A stretch of DNA of 64,000 nucleotides from an uncultured delta proteobacterium (GCA_963729715.1 CAVSPA010000005.1:128001-192000), one strand, 5' to 3'. Numbered from the stretch's first letter, positions 46,659 through 57,134 are shown. The notes: generated by a model not told the origin, from the sequence alone. Made by a program: numbers and translations.

Positions 46659-48815
46659 TTACTTGCCCTGCATCTCAAGCAGGAGCTTTAGGTTTCTTTT
46701 TGCTTCTTCATAATCGGGCTGCAGCTGCAAAGCCTTCCTGAGATGACCGATTGCCTCGTCTGTTTTCCCTTTCTGCGCCAGCGCTACGGCGAGGCTGTTA
46801 TGCGCTTTCGCAAGCTTTGGATTGATCTTCAAGGCCGTCTCAAAGTGTTCCGTAGCCTCATCCAGAGCTCCCTTATATGTTAAAGCCACGCCAAGGCTGT
46901 TATGGACCTCTGCAATATCAGGCTTAATCTTGAGGGCCTTGCGGAAATGTTCGATGGCTTTATCGAGATTACGCTTCTGCGCCATAATCAAACCGAGCGA
47001 GACATGAGCCGCTGCGAGCTTCGGGTTTAACCGCAGCGCCTCTTCGAGCTTGGGGATGGCCTCATCGGCATCGCCCTCCTGAAAAAGAGACAGGCCCATA
47101 CGCAGCTGGCCTTCGGCGCTGTTCGGATCCACCGGTTCTATAGCTACTTTTTCAGGAGGAGGTTTTTTAGTTCTTGCCTGCCCCATGAGCGCCTTTTCCA
47201 GGTTCGATCCTGCATCCAGAAAATCGGGTTTTATGCGGATCGCTTCGCGGAAATGATCAACGGCCTCGTCTGTTCTCCCCAATTGAGACAATGCTATGCC
47301 CATGTTGTTGTGGACTGCCGCAGAATCAGGCCGTGTCTTGAGTATACCTGTATAGCGAGAGACGGCCTCTTCCAGTTTTCCCTGCCTTGCGAGGGCATTG
47401 GCCAGGTTGTAACGGGCTTCAAAATCATCAGGCCTGATTCTCAAAGCCTCTTGATAATGTGCGATGGCTTCCCCGAATTTGTCCTGTTCCGCGAGAGACG
47501 CGCCCATATTGGTTTCTATTACAAAATTATTTCTTGTAACGCTGAGGGCCCTTGCAAAAAGAGTCTCGCTGTTCTGCCAGTAGCGGATCTGAAATAGCGA
47601 GACTGTCATTAGAGCCGCAATTGCACACACCGCGAGAGCGGTAAGAGCAATGCGATGAAAGCGCCAGCGTGCCAGCAAATCCGGCGCCGCCCAGGCGATT
47701 GCCACAACCAGTCCGATCAGAGGCAGATACGTGTACCGGTCCGCCATGGACTGGTATCCGACCTGTACCAGGCCGATGACGGGTACGAGAGTGCCCAGAT
47801 ACCACAACCAGCCTACTATGATATAAGGGTAGCGCTTCCTCAAACGCATGGCAACCGCGGTAATCAGAATCAGCAGCAAAACAGCGCCGCCGATTTGCGA
47901 CGAGGGGATTACATCCGGATAGGGATATAATACCGCCAGGTCGTGAGGCCAGATCATTTTCCCCATGTAGGAAATATAAGAGACCAGGGCATTACTGATC
48001 CGTGCAGCAAACGGCAGCGACACGATCGGGGCAATACCGGACCACTGCGCAAACAGTGTAACACAGATGGATGCGGCTGAAAGGATGAAGAGGGGAATCT
48101 TTTCAATAACCAGCCCCATGACTGATCTCTTCCCGTTCCCATCTCCCACGACTTTAAGGTCGTTTGGATCTTTATTGAAGACCAGCCCGTTCATGTGCAA
48201 ACGGCCGAGGGGCCAGAAATCCAGGAGAAGCAAGACAAAGGGCAGGGTCACGAGCATCGGTTTAGACATGAGCCCGAGGACAAAGAATAGAAGAATCGCA
48301 AGATAGCGGTAAATGCCCGGACGCTCCACATAGCGGACATACGCCCAGATGGTCATCATGAAGAAGAATGTGCTTAACACATCCTTGCGTTCTGCGACCC
48401 AGGCCACGGATTCAATATGGAGAGGATGGATGGCAAACAGCGCCGCCACAAACGCGCTCCGCCAGGGAAGATGCGTCATCCGCTTTAGAACAAAGAACAG
48501 CAGCAGCGTATTTATTATATGGAAAAATAAATTGGTGAGATGGTGGCCGGCCGGATCCGTTGCGAAGAGCTGGCAGTCCAGCATGTGCGAGAGCCACGTC
48601 AGGGGATGCCAGTTGTTGGCATAGACCGATTGAAACGCCCAGGCGATGCCGGCCTTTGTCAGTCCCGCTTGCACATGGCGATTCTCGGTGACATATTTGT
48701 CATCATCATAGCGGACGAAGTCAAAGCTGCTCACCTGCCAGAATACGCCGGCGGTCACCAGGATGAGAATAAAGGAAATAATAAGATCGCGATGGACAGG
48801 CTTCAGTTTATGCAT
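46659..48815 (-). CDS. TMTC-like membrane glycosyltransferase (GT-C) with C-terminal TPRs
   Basis: YDD, WHPLTWLSH, HPLHIESVAWVAERKD, ADRYTYLP, multiple TPRs. Confidence 0.88.
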   Translation of the reverse strand: MHKLKPVHRDLIISFILILVTAGVFWQVSSFDFVRYDDDKYVTENRHVQAGLTKAGIAWAFQSVYANNWHPLTWLSHMLDCQLFATDPAGHHLTNLFFHIINTLLLFFVLKRMTHLPWRSAFVAALFAIHPLHIESVAWVAERKDVLSTFFFMMTIWAYVRYVERPGIYRYLAILLFFVLGLMSKPMLVTLPFVLLLLDFWPLGRLHMNGLVFNKDPNDLKVVGDGNGKRSVMGLVIEKIPLFILSAASICVTLFAQWSGIAPIVSLPFAARISNALVSYISYMGKMIWPHDLAVLYPYPDVIPSSQIGGAVLLLILITAVAMRLRKRYPYIIVGWLWYLGTLVPVIGLVQVGYQSMADRYTYLPLIGLVVAIAWAAPDLLARWRFHRIALTALAVCAIAALMTVSLFQIRYWQNSETLFARALSVTRNNFVIETNMGASLAEQDKFGEAIAHYQEALRIRPDDFEARYNLANALARQGKLEEAVSRYTGILKTRPDSAAVHNNMGIALSQLGRTDEAVDHFREAIRIKPDFLDAGSNLEKALMGQARTKKPPPEKVAIEPVDPNSAEGQLRMGLSLFQEGDADEAIPKLEEALRLNPKLAAAHVSLGLIMAQKRNLDKAIEHFRKALKIKPDIAEVHNSLGVALTYKGALDEATEHFETALKINPKLAKAHNSLAVALAQKGKTDEAIGHLRKALQLQPDYEEAKRNLKLLLEMQGK

Positions 48816-48931
48816 AAATGTTTAGTGGCGTCATACCTTCAGGTGCGCCATTCTTCGCAGGACTAAAGTCCTGCACTACATCTTATTGACGCGACGTAGT
48901 GCAGACCTTCAGGTCTGCTGTATCAGCTCCC

Positions 48932-50101
48932 TCATTTCGGCAGCAGTGTCTCCACGAGAGTTGCCCAGTAGCTTGCGCCCACGGGTAGTATCCTGTCGTT
49001 GAAATCATACTGGGACTGATGCAGCCTGCCGGTCTCTTTTGGATTTCCGCCGCCGATCCCCATGTACGCCCCCGGCTTTTCCTTGAGGAAGAAGGCAAAA
49101 TCCTCCGAGGTCATGACGGGTGTGATGTCAGTGAAGACCCGATCCTTTCCCGCGACCATGATCGCAGCCCGTACGGCCTCATCGGTCTCCCGATCCGTAT
49201 TGACGAGAGGCGGATAGCGTCTCTCGTAGGACATGTCAACGGCAACGCCGAAAGAGGCTGAGACGCCGGCACATATCTCTCGCATCCGCGCTTCCACCAT
49301 GTCCTGCACCGCAGGGAGGAAATGGCGCGTCGTCCCCCGCAGCCTGACCATGTCGGGGATAATGTTGTAGGAGGTGCCGCCGTGAATTTCCGTAACACTG
49401 ATTACCGCAGCCTGCGCCGGATTGACATCGCGGCTCACGATGCTCTGGAGGAGGTTCACCAGATAGGCCGCTGCAAGAATAGGGTCCTTCACATTCTGAG
49501 GGGTGGCGGCATGGCCGCCCTTTCCTCTTATTTCTATATCGAAGACATCATAGGCCGCCATCATGGGGCCCTTGCAGATAGCAAACGCCCCTTCCGGTAA
49601 AACGGGAAAATTGTGCAGGGCGAAGACAGACCGGACGGGAAACCGGTCGAAGAGCCCTTCCCGGACCATCCTTCCCCCTCCCCCCTCGTTTTCTTCGGCA
49701 GGCTGAAAGATGAAGTGGACCGTTCCCTCGAAAGTATTACTCGCGGCGAGATATTTCGCCGCGCCGAGGAGCATGCTCATGTGGCCGTCATGGCCGCAGG
49801 CGTGCATCTTCCCTTCGTAGCGTGAGGCATAAGGAAGACCGGTTGCTTCCGTCATATCAAGAGCATCTATATCGGAACGGAGGCCTATGGCCGGCAAACT
49901 TTCTTTGCCCCTCTGAATGGTTGATACAATGCCTGTACCGGCAATGCCCCGATGAATATCAAGGCCGAAGGAGAGCAATCTTTCGGCCACGTAATCAGAA
50001 GTTTCCTTTTCTTGAAAGGCCGTCTCCGGGCAGGCATGAAGCGTACGACGCCACTTCGTCATCTCCTCTGACATCGCCCCGATCTCGTTGTGGACCGCCA
50101 T
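48932..50101 (-). CDS. M20D amidohydrolase (hippurate hydrolase-like)
   Basis: MHACGHDGH, FQPAEE, GGHAA, SEDF. Confidence 0.92.
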   Translation of the reverse strand: MAVHNEIGAMSEEMTKWRRTLHACPETAFQEKETSDYVAERLLSFGLDIHRGIAGTGIVSTIQRGKESLPAIGLRSDIDALDMTEATGLPYASRYEGKMHACGHDGHMSMLLGAAKYLAASNTFEGTVHFIFQPAEENEGGGGRMVREGLFDRFPVRSVFALHNFPVLPEGAFAICKGPMMAAYDVFDIEIRGKGGHAATPQNVKDPILAAAYLVNLLQSIVSRDVNPAQAAVISVTEIHGGTSYNIIPDMVRLRGTTRHFLPAVQDMVEARMREICAGVSASFGVAVDMSYERRYPPLVNTDRETDEAVRAAIMVAGKDRVFTDITPVMTSEDFAFFLKEKPGAYMGIGGGNPKETGRLHQSQYDFNDRILPVGASYWATLVETLLPK

Positions 50102-50127
50102 CGTTTGTCTCCTGGTTATTCCTTGAC

Positions 50128-51066
50128 CTAATTGCTGCATCGGTCTTTCAGAGCGGCAACGTCATCCGGAGCGAGGCTGAGGGAATCCGATTGCATCAGC
50201 CTGTACATTATGGCTTTGGGATTATCGTTGTGCTTCAATCCCAACGCATGGCCGAATTCGTGGGCCAGCACCCGCACCAGTTTCTTATCATCGTCAAACT
50301 GGTAGATTGTAATCGTATGCTTGCCATCCTTGCTGACATAATCCCCGCCGCAAAACTCACTTCCCAGTTTGCTGCTTGTATCATGGGACTTGACTACGTC
50401 GAGGTTATAGTTGGCGGCAATATCATTTATAACAACGGTCATGCTGTTGAGGATATCCGCAATCCTCCTGATCTCCTCCTGGCGCGCCTGCAGGCTTTCA
50501 CGCATGTTGTTCAATTCGCCCGCCTCCGCCGTTAAGCGCCTGTAGACGGCTTCCGTTACTGCGCCTCGCTGACGCCCCGCTTCAATCTCGGCATTGTACG
50601 CGCCGAGACGTCTGTTGTAGGCGTTAGAGTCATTCGCGAGGGCTGAATTTTTAGTTTCGTATTCCGCTTTGAGGTTTTCAAAACGAATCTTCATGTCATC
50701 ATATGCACCTTTAGTGGTACCAATTGCGTAGTGGAGTTTTTTCAGTTTGTCCGCCGCTCCCTGCCGGTAGTCATAGATGAGATTGACCTCTATCCTGCCG
50801 TTAGGTTCCTCCCGGAAAAGCGGTCGGGCGTAAGGTTTTGCCCAGATGGACGCGGCCTTCCCTGCCGAATCGGCAAACTCCTGGCGGCTCAAACCGAACC
50901 GTGCGTCTACTGTGCCTATGTGGTAGGTCAGCGGTTCCTGGCACGGGCGGGGCATGCGATAGTATATTATGACAAGGACGATCAGGGTGATAAGAAGGAG
51001 ATAGATCCCCAGACTGCTTCTCCCTGATGAGCCCGGTATTCCAGGATGGCTGATTGCAGGTTTCAT
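50128..51066 (-). CDS. Membrane-anchored matrixin (metzincin) protease with coiled-coil insertion
   Basis: HEFGHALGLKH and Met-turn AIMY; N-terminal TM segment. Confidence 0.85.
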   Translation of the reverse strand: MKPAISHPGIPGSSGRSSLGIYLLLITLIVLVIIYYRMPRPCQEPLTYHIGTVDARFGLSRQEFADSAGKAASIWAKPYARPLFREEPNGRIEVNLIYDYRQGAADKLKKLHYAIGTTKGAYDDMKIRFENLKAEYETKNSALANDSNAYNRRLGAYNAEIEAGRQRGAVTEAVYRRLTAEAGELNNMRESLQARQEEIRRIADILNSMTVVINDIAANYNLDVVKSHDTSSKLGSEFCGGDYVSKDGKHTITIYQFDDDKKLVRVLAHEFGHALGLKHNDNPKAIMYRLMQSDSLSLAPDDVAALKDRCSN

Positions 51067-51363
51067 AAAGTATGCATTTGACGCCAGCGAAGAAGGGCAT
51101 CCGGTACTTATTACACGTTTCCCCTCTTGGGCCCGCCTTCGAATGTAATCGAAATTTGTTTTTTCTAGCTCACGGAGTATAAAGGGAAAGATACCCGGTG
51201 TCAATTGCAAATGCCCGCGCCCGGTGGCTGCTCCACAGGCATTTCCGGCAGTGCCCTGAATGATGACACAATGATCGAGTCATTGAGGAAATGAAAAAGA
51301 TGCCGTCCTTGAAATGCTGCATCCGTCAAAAAAGCCCCGTGAGACTGATGCTGAGACTGATGC

Positions 51364-51392
51364 TTGACATAATCGACGGGGCATCATATAGT
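51364..51392 (+). promoter_or_regulatory. Near-consensus sigma70 promoter
   Basis: TTGACA-17 bp-TATAGT. Confidence 0.75.
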
Positions 51393-51525
51393 AGATTTAC
51401 TTTTAGAGCCGGTTTTCGTCCGAGTCCCCTACCCCAGAGCTTAAAAAGGGCGCTGGGTTTTTTTAAGGCTGAAAGTAATTTCCTCAAGAGCGGCATAGAC
51501 CACGCCGTATGAAGGCAGGTGGAAT

Positions 51526-51684
51526 ATGGCAAGGCAAAGTCAAAACAAGTTCATTAAGAGACAAAAGGAACTTGAGCGCATGCGAAAAGCAAAAGAGAAG
51601 ATGCAGAGGCGTCAGAACAAGAAAGACAAGATGATGGAGTCTGATGAGGCGCCCGCGCCAGTCGAGCCAACCGATCAGCCCTGA
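51526..51684 (+). CDS. Small basic protein (52 aa, absent from the ORF track)
   Basis: MARQSQNKFIKRQKELERMRKAKEKMQRRQNKKDKMMESDEAPAPVEPTDQP; RBS-like AGGTGG; downstream of a strong promoter. Confidence 0.7.
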   Translation: MARQSQNKFIKRQKELERMRKAKEKMQRRQNKKDKMMESDEAPAPVEPTDQP

Positions 51685-51954
51685 AAACCCCATGCGATTG
51701 AATGTCAACAGTTTGGCAAATGTCCTTAACCAGTCTCAGATGAGACAGGCATTTGATTCCTGCACCGGTGATAGAGCCTGCTTCAAGTCTTCTCCGCGGA
51801 TCTCGATATCCTTAGAGAAAAGCGCCTATCTTCCCTGATTCCCGTTTTACATAGCGAAAACAAGGCAGTATCCATGAATTATAAGAGTAAAAATTTAAAT
51901 ATACAAAAGAAGAATAAACGAATATAATGCGCTAAATTAAATGAAGGAGATGTT

Positions 51955-52263
51955 ATGAATATTTATGTAGGGAACTTGGCTTACACCGTTACGGAAGAGG
52001 ATTTACGTCAGGCTTTTGGAGAATTCGGACAGGTAGCGTCCGCGTCCATCATCAAGGACCAGTCCAGCGGCCATTCCAAGGGATTCGGATTTGTTGAGAT
52101 GCCGTCGACAGAGGAAGCGCAGGCGGCCATCAGCGGTCTCAATGGCAAAGAAGTGAAGGGACGGAAGCTGAACGTGAATGAGGCGCGTCCCCGCACGGAG
52201 GATCGCCGCGGTGGCGGTGGCGGCGGCGGCGGAAGACGTCCCGGCGGCAGACCGCGCTATTAG
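51955..52263 (+). CDS. RRM RNA-binding protein with Gly/Arg tail
   Basis: RNP2 IYVGNL and RNP1 KGFGFVEM. Confidence 0.95.
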   Translation: MNIYVGNLAYTVTEEDLRQAFGEFGQVASASIIKDQSSGHSKGFGFVEMPSTEEAQAAISGLNGKEVKGRKLNVNEARPRTEDRRGGGGGGGGRRPGGRPRY

Positions 52264-52552
52264 TAGAATTTCCATACCGCTATTAAGAGCTTTGAAAATT
52301 TCCCATCTTGTCATTTTGACCCCTTCGGTTTACTCAGGGTAAACTCCGGGAGAAATCTTATTGACCGTTCATCAATCATAAGATTGACACGTCGCTGCCC
52401 CTTTGCATTGACCGGGGCTGCGACTCGCCATGGCGATGACATCAGGCGCAGATTTTTAAAGTTCTCATATGCAAGAAAAGATATTGGGACAATGCCAATT
52501 GCAGAACTGATTGGCGGAAGCGTCCCCTTTATCCCCTCAATTATCTTACGCC

Positions 52553-52993
52553 ATGAATAAGCACCAAACTTTACTTATCTTTCTTCTACCGGTCATTTTC
52601 GCAACTGGTTTGCTTTTTACTTCCTGCAAGGAAGAGGGAGAAGTCATTTCCAAGCCGGACGAATTCGCGCACGTCTATGAGGCCAGCGAAAATAAATTGC
52701 TTCACGCTATCGCACAGGTATTCAAAGACAAGGGATTCGGAAGCGCCTCGATAAACCAAGAGAAGAACCAGGTTGAATCGGGTTACCTGATTCAGGATGA
52801 CTGGAGGACGAAGGGCACAGCCAACGTTAAAAAGCTGAACTGGAAAGAATGTGAAGTTGTCCTCTCCGTCGTTACCGAGAAGAAGATCTCAACCGGTTGG
52901 GAGATGCGCAGGCTCCTCGGGAAAAAACAGTACGACACCTTTTTTGACGCCATAGAGATTCAGCTTTATCAAGAGATGTATAAGGTCAAATAG
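52553..52993 (+). CDS. Hypothetical lipoprotein
   Basis: Signal peptide with lipobox-like FTSC. Confidence 0.7.
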   Translation: MNKHQTLLIFLLPVIFATGLLFTSCKEEGEVISKPDEFAHVYEASENKLLHAIAQVFKDKGFGSASINQEKNQVESGYLIQDDWRTKGTANVKKLNWKECEVVLSVVTEKKISTGWEMRRLLGKKQYDTFFDAIEIQLYQEMYKVK

Positions 52994-53015
52994 GACGGCG
53001 GCAGGCACTGATGGA

Positions 53016-53816
53016 TCAGGGGCGCCAATGCTTTCTGTTGTGCGTGTAAAATTGTTCGACGATGCGCTCCATTTCATGGGAAGTGATAATACTGCGATCA
53101 ACGAAGAAGCTGCCGATAAGGGGCTGCAGCATTCTCTGTCTCGCGAGCAGAATGGTTCGCTGATAGCTGCTGATGTAACCGCAGCGAAGTGCGCATTCAC
53201 AGAATTTCTCGCCGCTGCGTCGCATGGAGATAATTGACCGGATATCGTTCTGATCCAGCCAGTCCCAGCGCACAGCAATTTTACCGACCATGGGCCGCTT
53301 ACTTTTTTGCCACACGATAGCCTCAATCAGGCTTGTCATCGAGATGACGCCGCTATAGTAAAGAAACCGACCGAGGAGAAGCTGTTTTCTCGGAAGTCCG
53401 CCCTGCCAGAGATGTTCACTCATGCCCTGATACCTGCTTCGATGAGCGCTGCTTCCCGTCCTTCTTTGATCATGCGCCTCATATGTCCGCTGTCTTTTTT
53501 TGACCGACTCATGTTCATGGGACCAGTGGGTGGCATAGCCGCTATGCGAGTATCTCCAGGGATATTCGAGAAATGTGTTCAATTGATTGTAGGCAAGGGT
53601 CACTTCTCTGAAGCGCTCTGTTAGGCTTGAGGGCGATTCGGCAAGCGCTGTGGCACGATCAGGGTGGGTCTCGAAAGCCCTCTTCCGGTATGCTCTCTTC
53701 AGCCCGGCAGCCTTGAGGCATTTCAGAAAATCTCCGGAACAGTTTGCATCGGTTCCAAACAAGACAGTGCAGGCCCTGTGAAGGTCTGATGATGTGGACG
53801 CCGTTTTGTCCTGCAT
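53016..53816 (-). CDS. J-domain (DnaJ-like) protein
   Basis: LKRAYRKRAFETHPD. Confidence 0.85.
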   Translation of the reverse strand: MQDKTASTSSDLHRACTVLFGTDANCSGDFLKCLKAAGLKRAYRKRAFETHPDRATALAESPSSLTERFREVTLAYNQLNTFLEYPWRYSHSGYATHWSHEHESVKKRQRTYEAHDQRRTGSSAHRSRYQGMSEHLWQGGLPRKQLLLGRFLYYSGVISMTSLIEAIVWQKSKRPMVGKIAVRWDWLDQNDIRSIISMRRSGEKFCECALRCGYISSYQRTILLARQRMLQPLIGSFFVDRSIITSHEMERIVEQFYTHNRKHWRP

Positions 53817-54137
53817 TTTTTCTCCCCGTTCGCTTGCTCCCGATTCTTTTTATATCTGAGCAAGAGAGATAACGACGATTTAATAAGGAGGTTCCAATCA
53901 ATCTGATTTCTATTTATCACGAGCACCGCTAATATCTCAAGAAGGAAAAGTGGAAGAGGATACGTTGACCTGTTTTCGGAAGTGTAAGGATTTGACCGCA
54001 ATTCCCTAACACGTTAGCGTAGACGAGAAAACTATAACATCCAAGAAACCTGATGAAGTTGTCGGAAAATATCTGGCTATTATTGACGGCACGAAAGAAC
54101 CATGGGGATTTTCGTGAGGCAGGAGGGAAAAGTAAAG

Positions 54138-54263
54138 AACCCCGTGCTTCCGCACGGGGCATTAAAACTCAAAATCTAACTGCTTGGGAGCTTTTCTTCA
54201 TACTTATGATACTCAATTCCTAAAGAACGGAAACCCTTTCCTCCCCGTGCTTCCGCACGGGGT
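54138..54263. repeat. Paired palindromes CCCCGTGCTTCCGCACGGGG
   Basis: Two identical 20-bp hairpins about 100 bp apart. Confidence 0.7.
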
Positions 54264-54281
54264 ATCCAGGGTTTGATTTTC

Positions 54282-55016
54282 ATGAAGAGAATCGTTGTTT
54301 CAATTATCGGTCTGGTGCTGGTCGCCTCGTTCGCTTACCTTTTATCGACGTCCGCACTTGCTCAAAACCTGAACCCTATGAACTCGCGCAATCCGGCGTT
54401 ATCGCAGCCGAGGTCATACAGCATCGCCGAGTTAACTACTCTCCGGGCGGGGGAATTGAGGGACTCAGATCTCGTTCAGATGACCGTCGCGGAATTCAGG
54501 GCGGTGGCGCTCCGCCAGATCAAGGTGAGCAACATGGACGACCCGCGGGAAATTGCCAAAGCGCTGCGGACTTCACCAGCGCTGCAGGCTTCACGCCAGC
54601 AGAGCCCTCTTCCGGGGGTCAGGCTGCAATCTGGCCAGAGTGGACAGAATAAGCCTACAGGTGCGGTGGTCCATGGGCCGGTGACTGCGCCTCCCGCTGC
54701 TCCGGATTTCCACCAGAGAGCCAACTTATTAGATGCCTCTACCTAAGTACATATCAACAATAGGTACACAGGTCCCGACCGTGCAGAATTTATTAGCATT
54801 GAACGGCAGAATGGCGTGGCCGAACCCTTTGTCTAAATCGCCAGAATACCGGTGACCGGGGAGGACAGCCAAGCGTATGAGGATACAACCTGCACTGGTA
54901 TCACCTTTTACCGCCTGCGCGCCTACAACAAGATCGGACAGTCACAGCGCTCCTGCGAACTAGGCACACTGTGTGGGGCGCGTGATAGCTACTACGATTG
55001 CAGACGGACCCAATAG
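54282..55016 (+). pseudogene. Exported protein with C-terminal FN3-like domain broken by two in-frame TAA
   Basis: The frame continues past TAA 54744-46 and TAA 54834-36 into ...YEDTT...FYRLRAYNKIGQS. Confidence 0.55.
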
Positions 55017-55023
55017 CAAGACA

Positions 55024-55896
55024 TCATGGGAGTAGGGGGTCCCAGCTTGCGGTGTATTCGCAAAGGGTGTTTGGCTTTTCGATCTTTGGCTCCTTGATTT
55101 CCCACTTGCCTTTCCAGCCAAGTTCGCTCGCCGTGAGTTCGAAGTGGCACATGGCGATGCCCATATCCACCCGCTGCAAATCTGCTATGTTTAAAAGCCT
55201 GAAAGTGAGGCTATTGCCATACCCCCTGGTGCGCTGCATGTAGAAGTGCCATGAACCAGCATCTTTGATGATTCTCCAAGGCTGCTTATTTGAAGCGGAA
55301 GGCCCTATGCGCACCATTTCCAGCGGCAGTGCATAGGTACCGGCGTCATCCGACGAGAGCGGAATGCCGAACTTCTCCCGGAATAACAGATTCTCCCAGG
55401 GCTTACGGTTGTATCCTCCCACAATCTGGCGGATCGTGAGGCTGGATTGCTCCTGCTGCAAAATATATCCAACGGAAGCTACAGCAGGCACAAGCTCTGC
55501 GACTGTGGCGGAAATCTTTTTTGCAAAGCTGCTCCTAGTGAAACTGCCTCCCAGCCAGCATGTGCCGAGCCCCATGTCCGTCGCAAATAGAATTGCTCTC
55601 TCCATCATGTAGCCAAAGTCCTCCAGATTCTTTGGAGAAGGTCCTACGGCGCCCACGATAAATCCTATGGCACCCTTGATAAAGCCGTATGTGCCCAATC
55701 CCTTCAGGGCCTTTCGATCCTGATCCGTTGCGGCTATAAGCTTAAAGCGCACCGCCGTGCCGAATGGTCCTTTGCCAGTTGCAGACAGATAATCGGACAG
55801 GCGTTTCCGGTCATCTTCCACGATGGGCGTATCAATATATGTCCGGCAGGAAAATCGTTTCCGGATGATCTCCGTTATGGGTTCACGGTAAAACAT
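55024..55896 (-). CDS. Nitroreductase family protein
   Basis: RFSCRTY, GLGTCWLGG, PSASNKQPW, DMGIAMCH. Confidence 0.9.
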   Translation of the reverse strand: MFYREPITEIIRKRFSCRTYIDTPIVEDDRKRLSDYLSATGKGPFGTAVRFKLIAATDQDRKALKGLGTYGFIKGAIGFIVGAVGPSPKNLEDFGYMMERAILFATDMGLGTCWLGGSFTRSSFAKKISATVAELVPAVASVGYILQQEQSSLTIRQIVGGYNRKPWENLLFREKFGIPLSSDDAGTYALPLEMVRIGPSASNKQPWRIIKDAGSWHFYMQRTRGYGNSLTFRLLNIADLQRVDMGIAMCHFELTASELGWKGKWEIKEPKIEKPNTLCEYTASWDPLLP

Positions 55897-55919
55897 GATT
55901 AACCTCCATGGAAGAGCAG

Positions 55920-57053
55920 CTAAGAGCCGCACGCAGGCGGGCGCGCCGGCACAGTTACGAACATACCGCCAACGCACAAGGCGGCGGCGAAAAGCATAAC
56001 ACCGCGATAACCCCATCCCTGAGCAATGAGGCCGCCAAGGATCGGACCTACAGCATTGCACAAATTAAGGGTAGACTGGAAGATGCCCCCCGCAGTACCT
56101 TTTTCTTTCCCGCCCCGCAGTACAATCAGCAAAGCGCCCACATAGAGACACGACCAGGCCACTCCCAGTACCACCTGCAGTATGATTAGAGAGAACCGGC
56201 TTGTAAAAAAAGCATATGCTGAGAACACGAATATTGAAAGCACTTGACCCCAGAAAAAAGTCTCGAATTCGGAAAACCGCTCGAGCTGGCGCATGACCAA
56301 AAATTGCACGATAAAATTAACGCCCCATAAAAGGCCGATCCAAAAATGATCCAGTCCTATAGAAACCAGATACAACGGGAAAATTACCCAGACGGCGCTC
56401 GCGCCGAGATGACGGAGGAATACGGCAAGATAAACCCTATAGTCCCGGCGCATTACAAGCCACAGATTCGGGGGTCTGGAGAATTTATACGTAGGCACTT
56501 TCTGAAAGGCAAGGGAGATGAAGAAAGCAATCAGGCAGAACAGAAAACTGAGCCAGAAAAGAAGTTCGATGTCTCCAACCATTGACGACGTGGCGGCTCC
56601 GAAAATCCATCCGAGGGACCCATAGGAGCTGTACTTCCCCATATTGGCCCCGCATTCAAAAGCATACGTGATTGTTGCCGCAACGGCAATACCGAGCGCA
56701 AAACCTACGGCTGCCCGAGCTATAATTAATGCCGGGACGCTGTGCGCGAGGAGCTGGGCGGCAAAGGCCACGCTGCTCATCAGAAGCCCCCACCGCACAA
56801 AGAGAAGCCTTCCCAGGTGGTCGGATTTCCATCCCGAAATAAGAGAGGAAAACAGAAACGCGATCCCGTAGGCTGCGCCTACAACACCGACTTCAAAGTC
56901 GGATGCCCCCAATTCTGCGCCTAGGAGTGGAACAAAGATAAATGAGCTCATCGCGGCAAAGCTGAGAAAAAAGTTAACGAGGCCGATGAGCCAGTGGTAA
57001 GATCCGCCTCCTGGCTGATTTACCTTCTCTATAATAATATCTTGTTCAAGCAT
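55920..57053 (-). CDS. MFS transporter
   Basis: About 12 TM segments; motif A GWKSDHLGR. Confidence 0.9.
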   Translation of the reverse strand: MLEQDIIIEKVNQPGGGSYHWLIGLVNFFLSFAAMSSFIFVPLLGAELGASDFEVGVVGAAYGIAFLFSSLISGWKSDHLGRLLFVRWGLLMSSVAFAAQLLAHSVPALIIARAAVGFALGIAVAATITYAFECGANMGKYSSYGSLGWIFGAATSSMVGDIELLFWLSFLFCLIAFFISLAFQKVPTYKFSRPPNLWLVMRRDYRVYLAVFLRHLGASAVWVIFPLYLVSIGLDHFWIGLLWGVNFIVQFLVMRQLERFSEFETFFWGQVLSIFVFSAYAFFTSRFSLIILQVVLGVAWSCLYVGALLIVLRGGKEKGTAGGIFQSTLNLCNAVGPILGGLIAQGWGYRGVMLFAAALCVGGMFVTVPARPPACGS

Positions 57054-57097
57054 GATGATTTATTATTGCATAAACACGGCTGTCATATCAATTCCTG

Positions 57098-57134
57098 CAA
57101 AAAAAAGAAAAACCCCGGAATGGCCTCCGGGGCT
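57098..57134 (-). terminator. Rho-independent terminator of the hdr operon
   Basis: Minus strand CCCCGGA-loop-TCCGGGG followed by a T-rich run. Confidence 0.7.

Noticed and set aside
45885..47480. Similar TPR segments as a DGR template/variable repeat pair
   Set aside because: No reverse transcriptase in the window, differences are not adenine-restricted, and gene duplication explains the similarity.
51341..51364. 12-bp tandem duplication GAGACTGATGCT
   Set aside because: Only two copies; probably replication slippage, although it abuts the -35 box.
54744..54836. Programmed TAA read-through or alternative genetic code
   Set aside because: TAA terminates many intact genes in this window.
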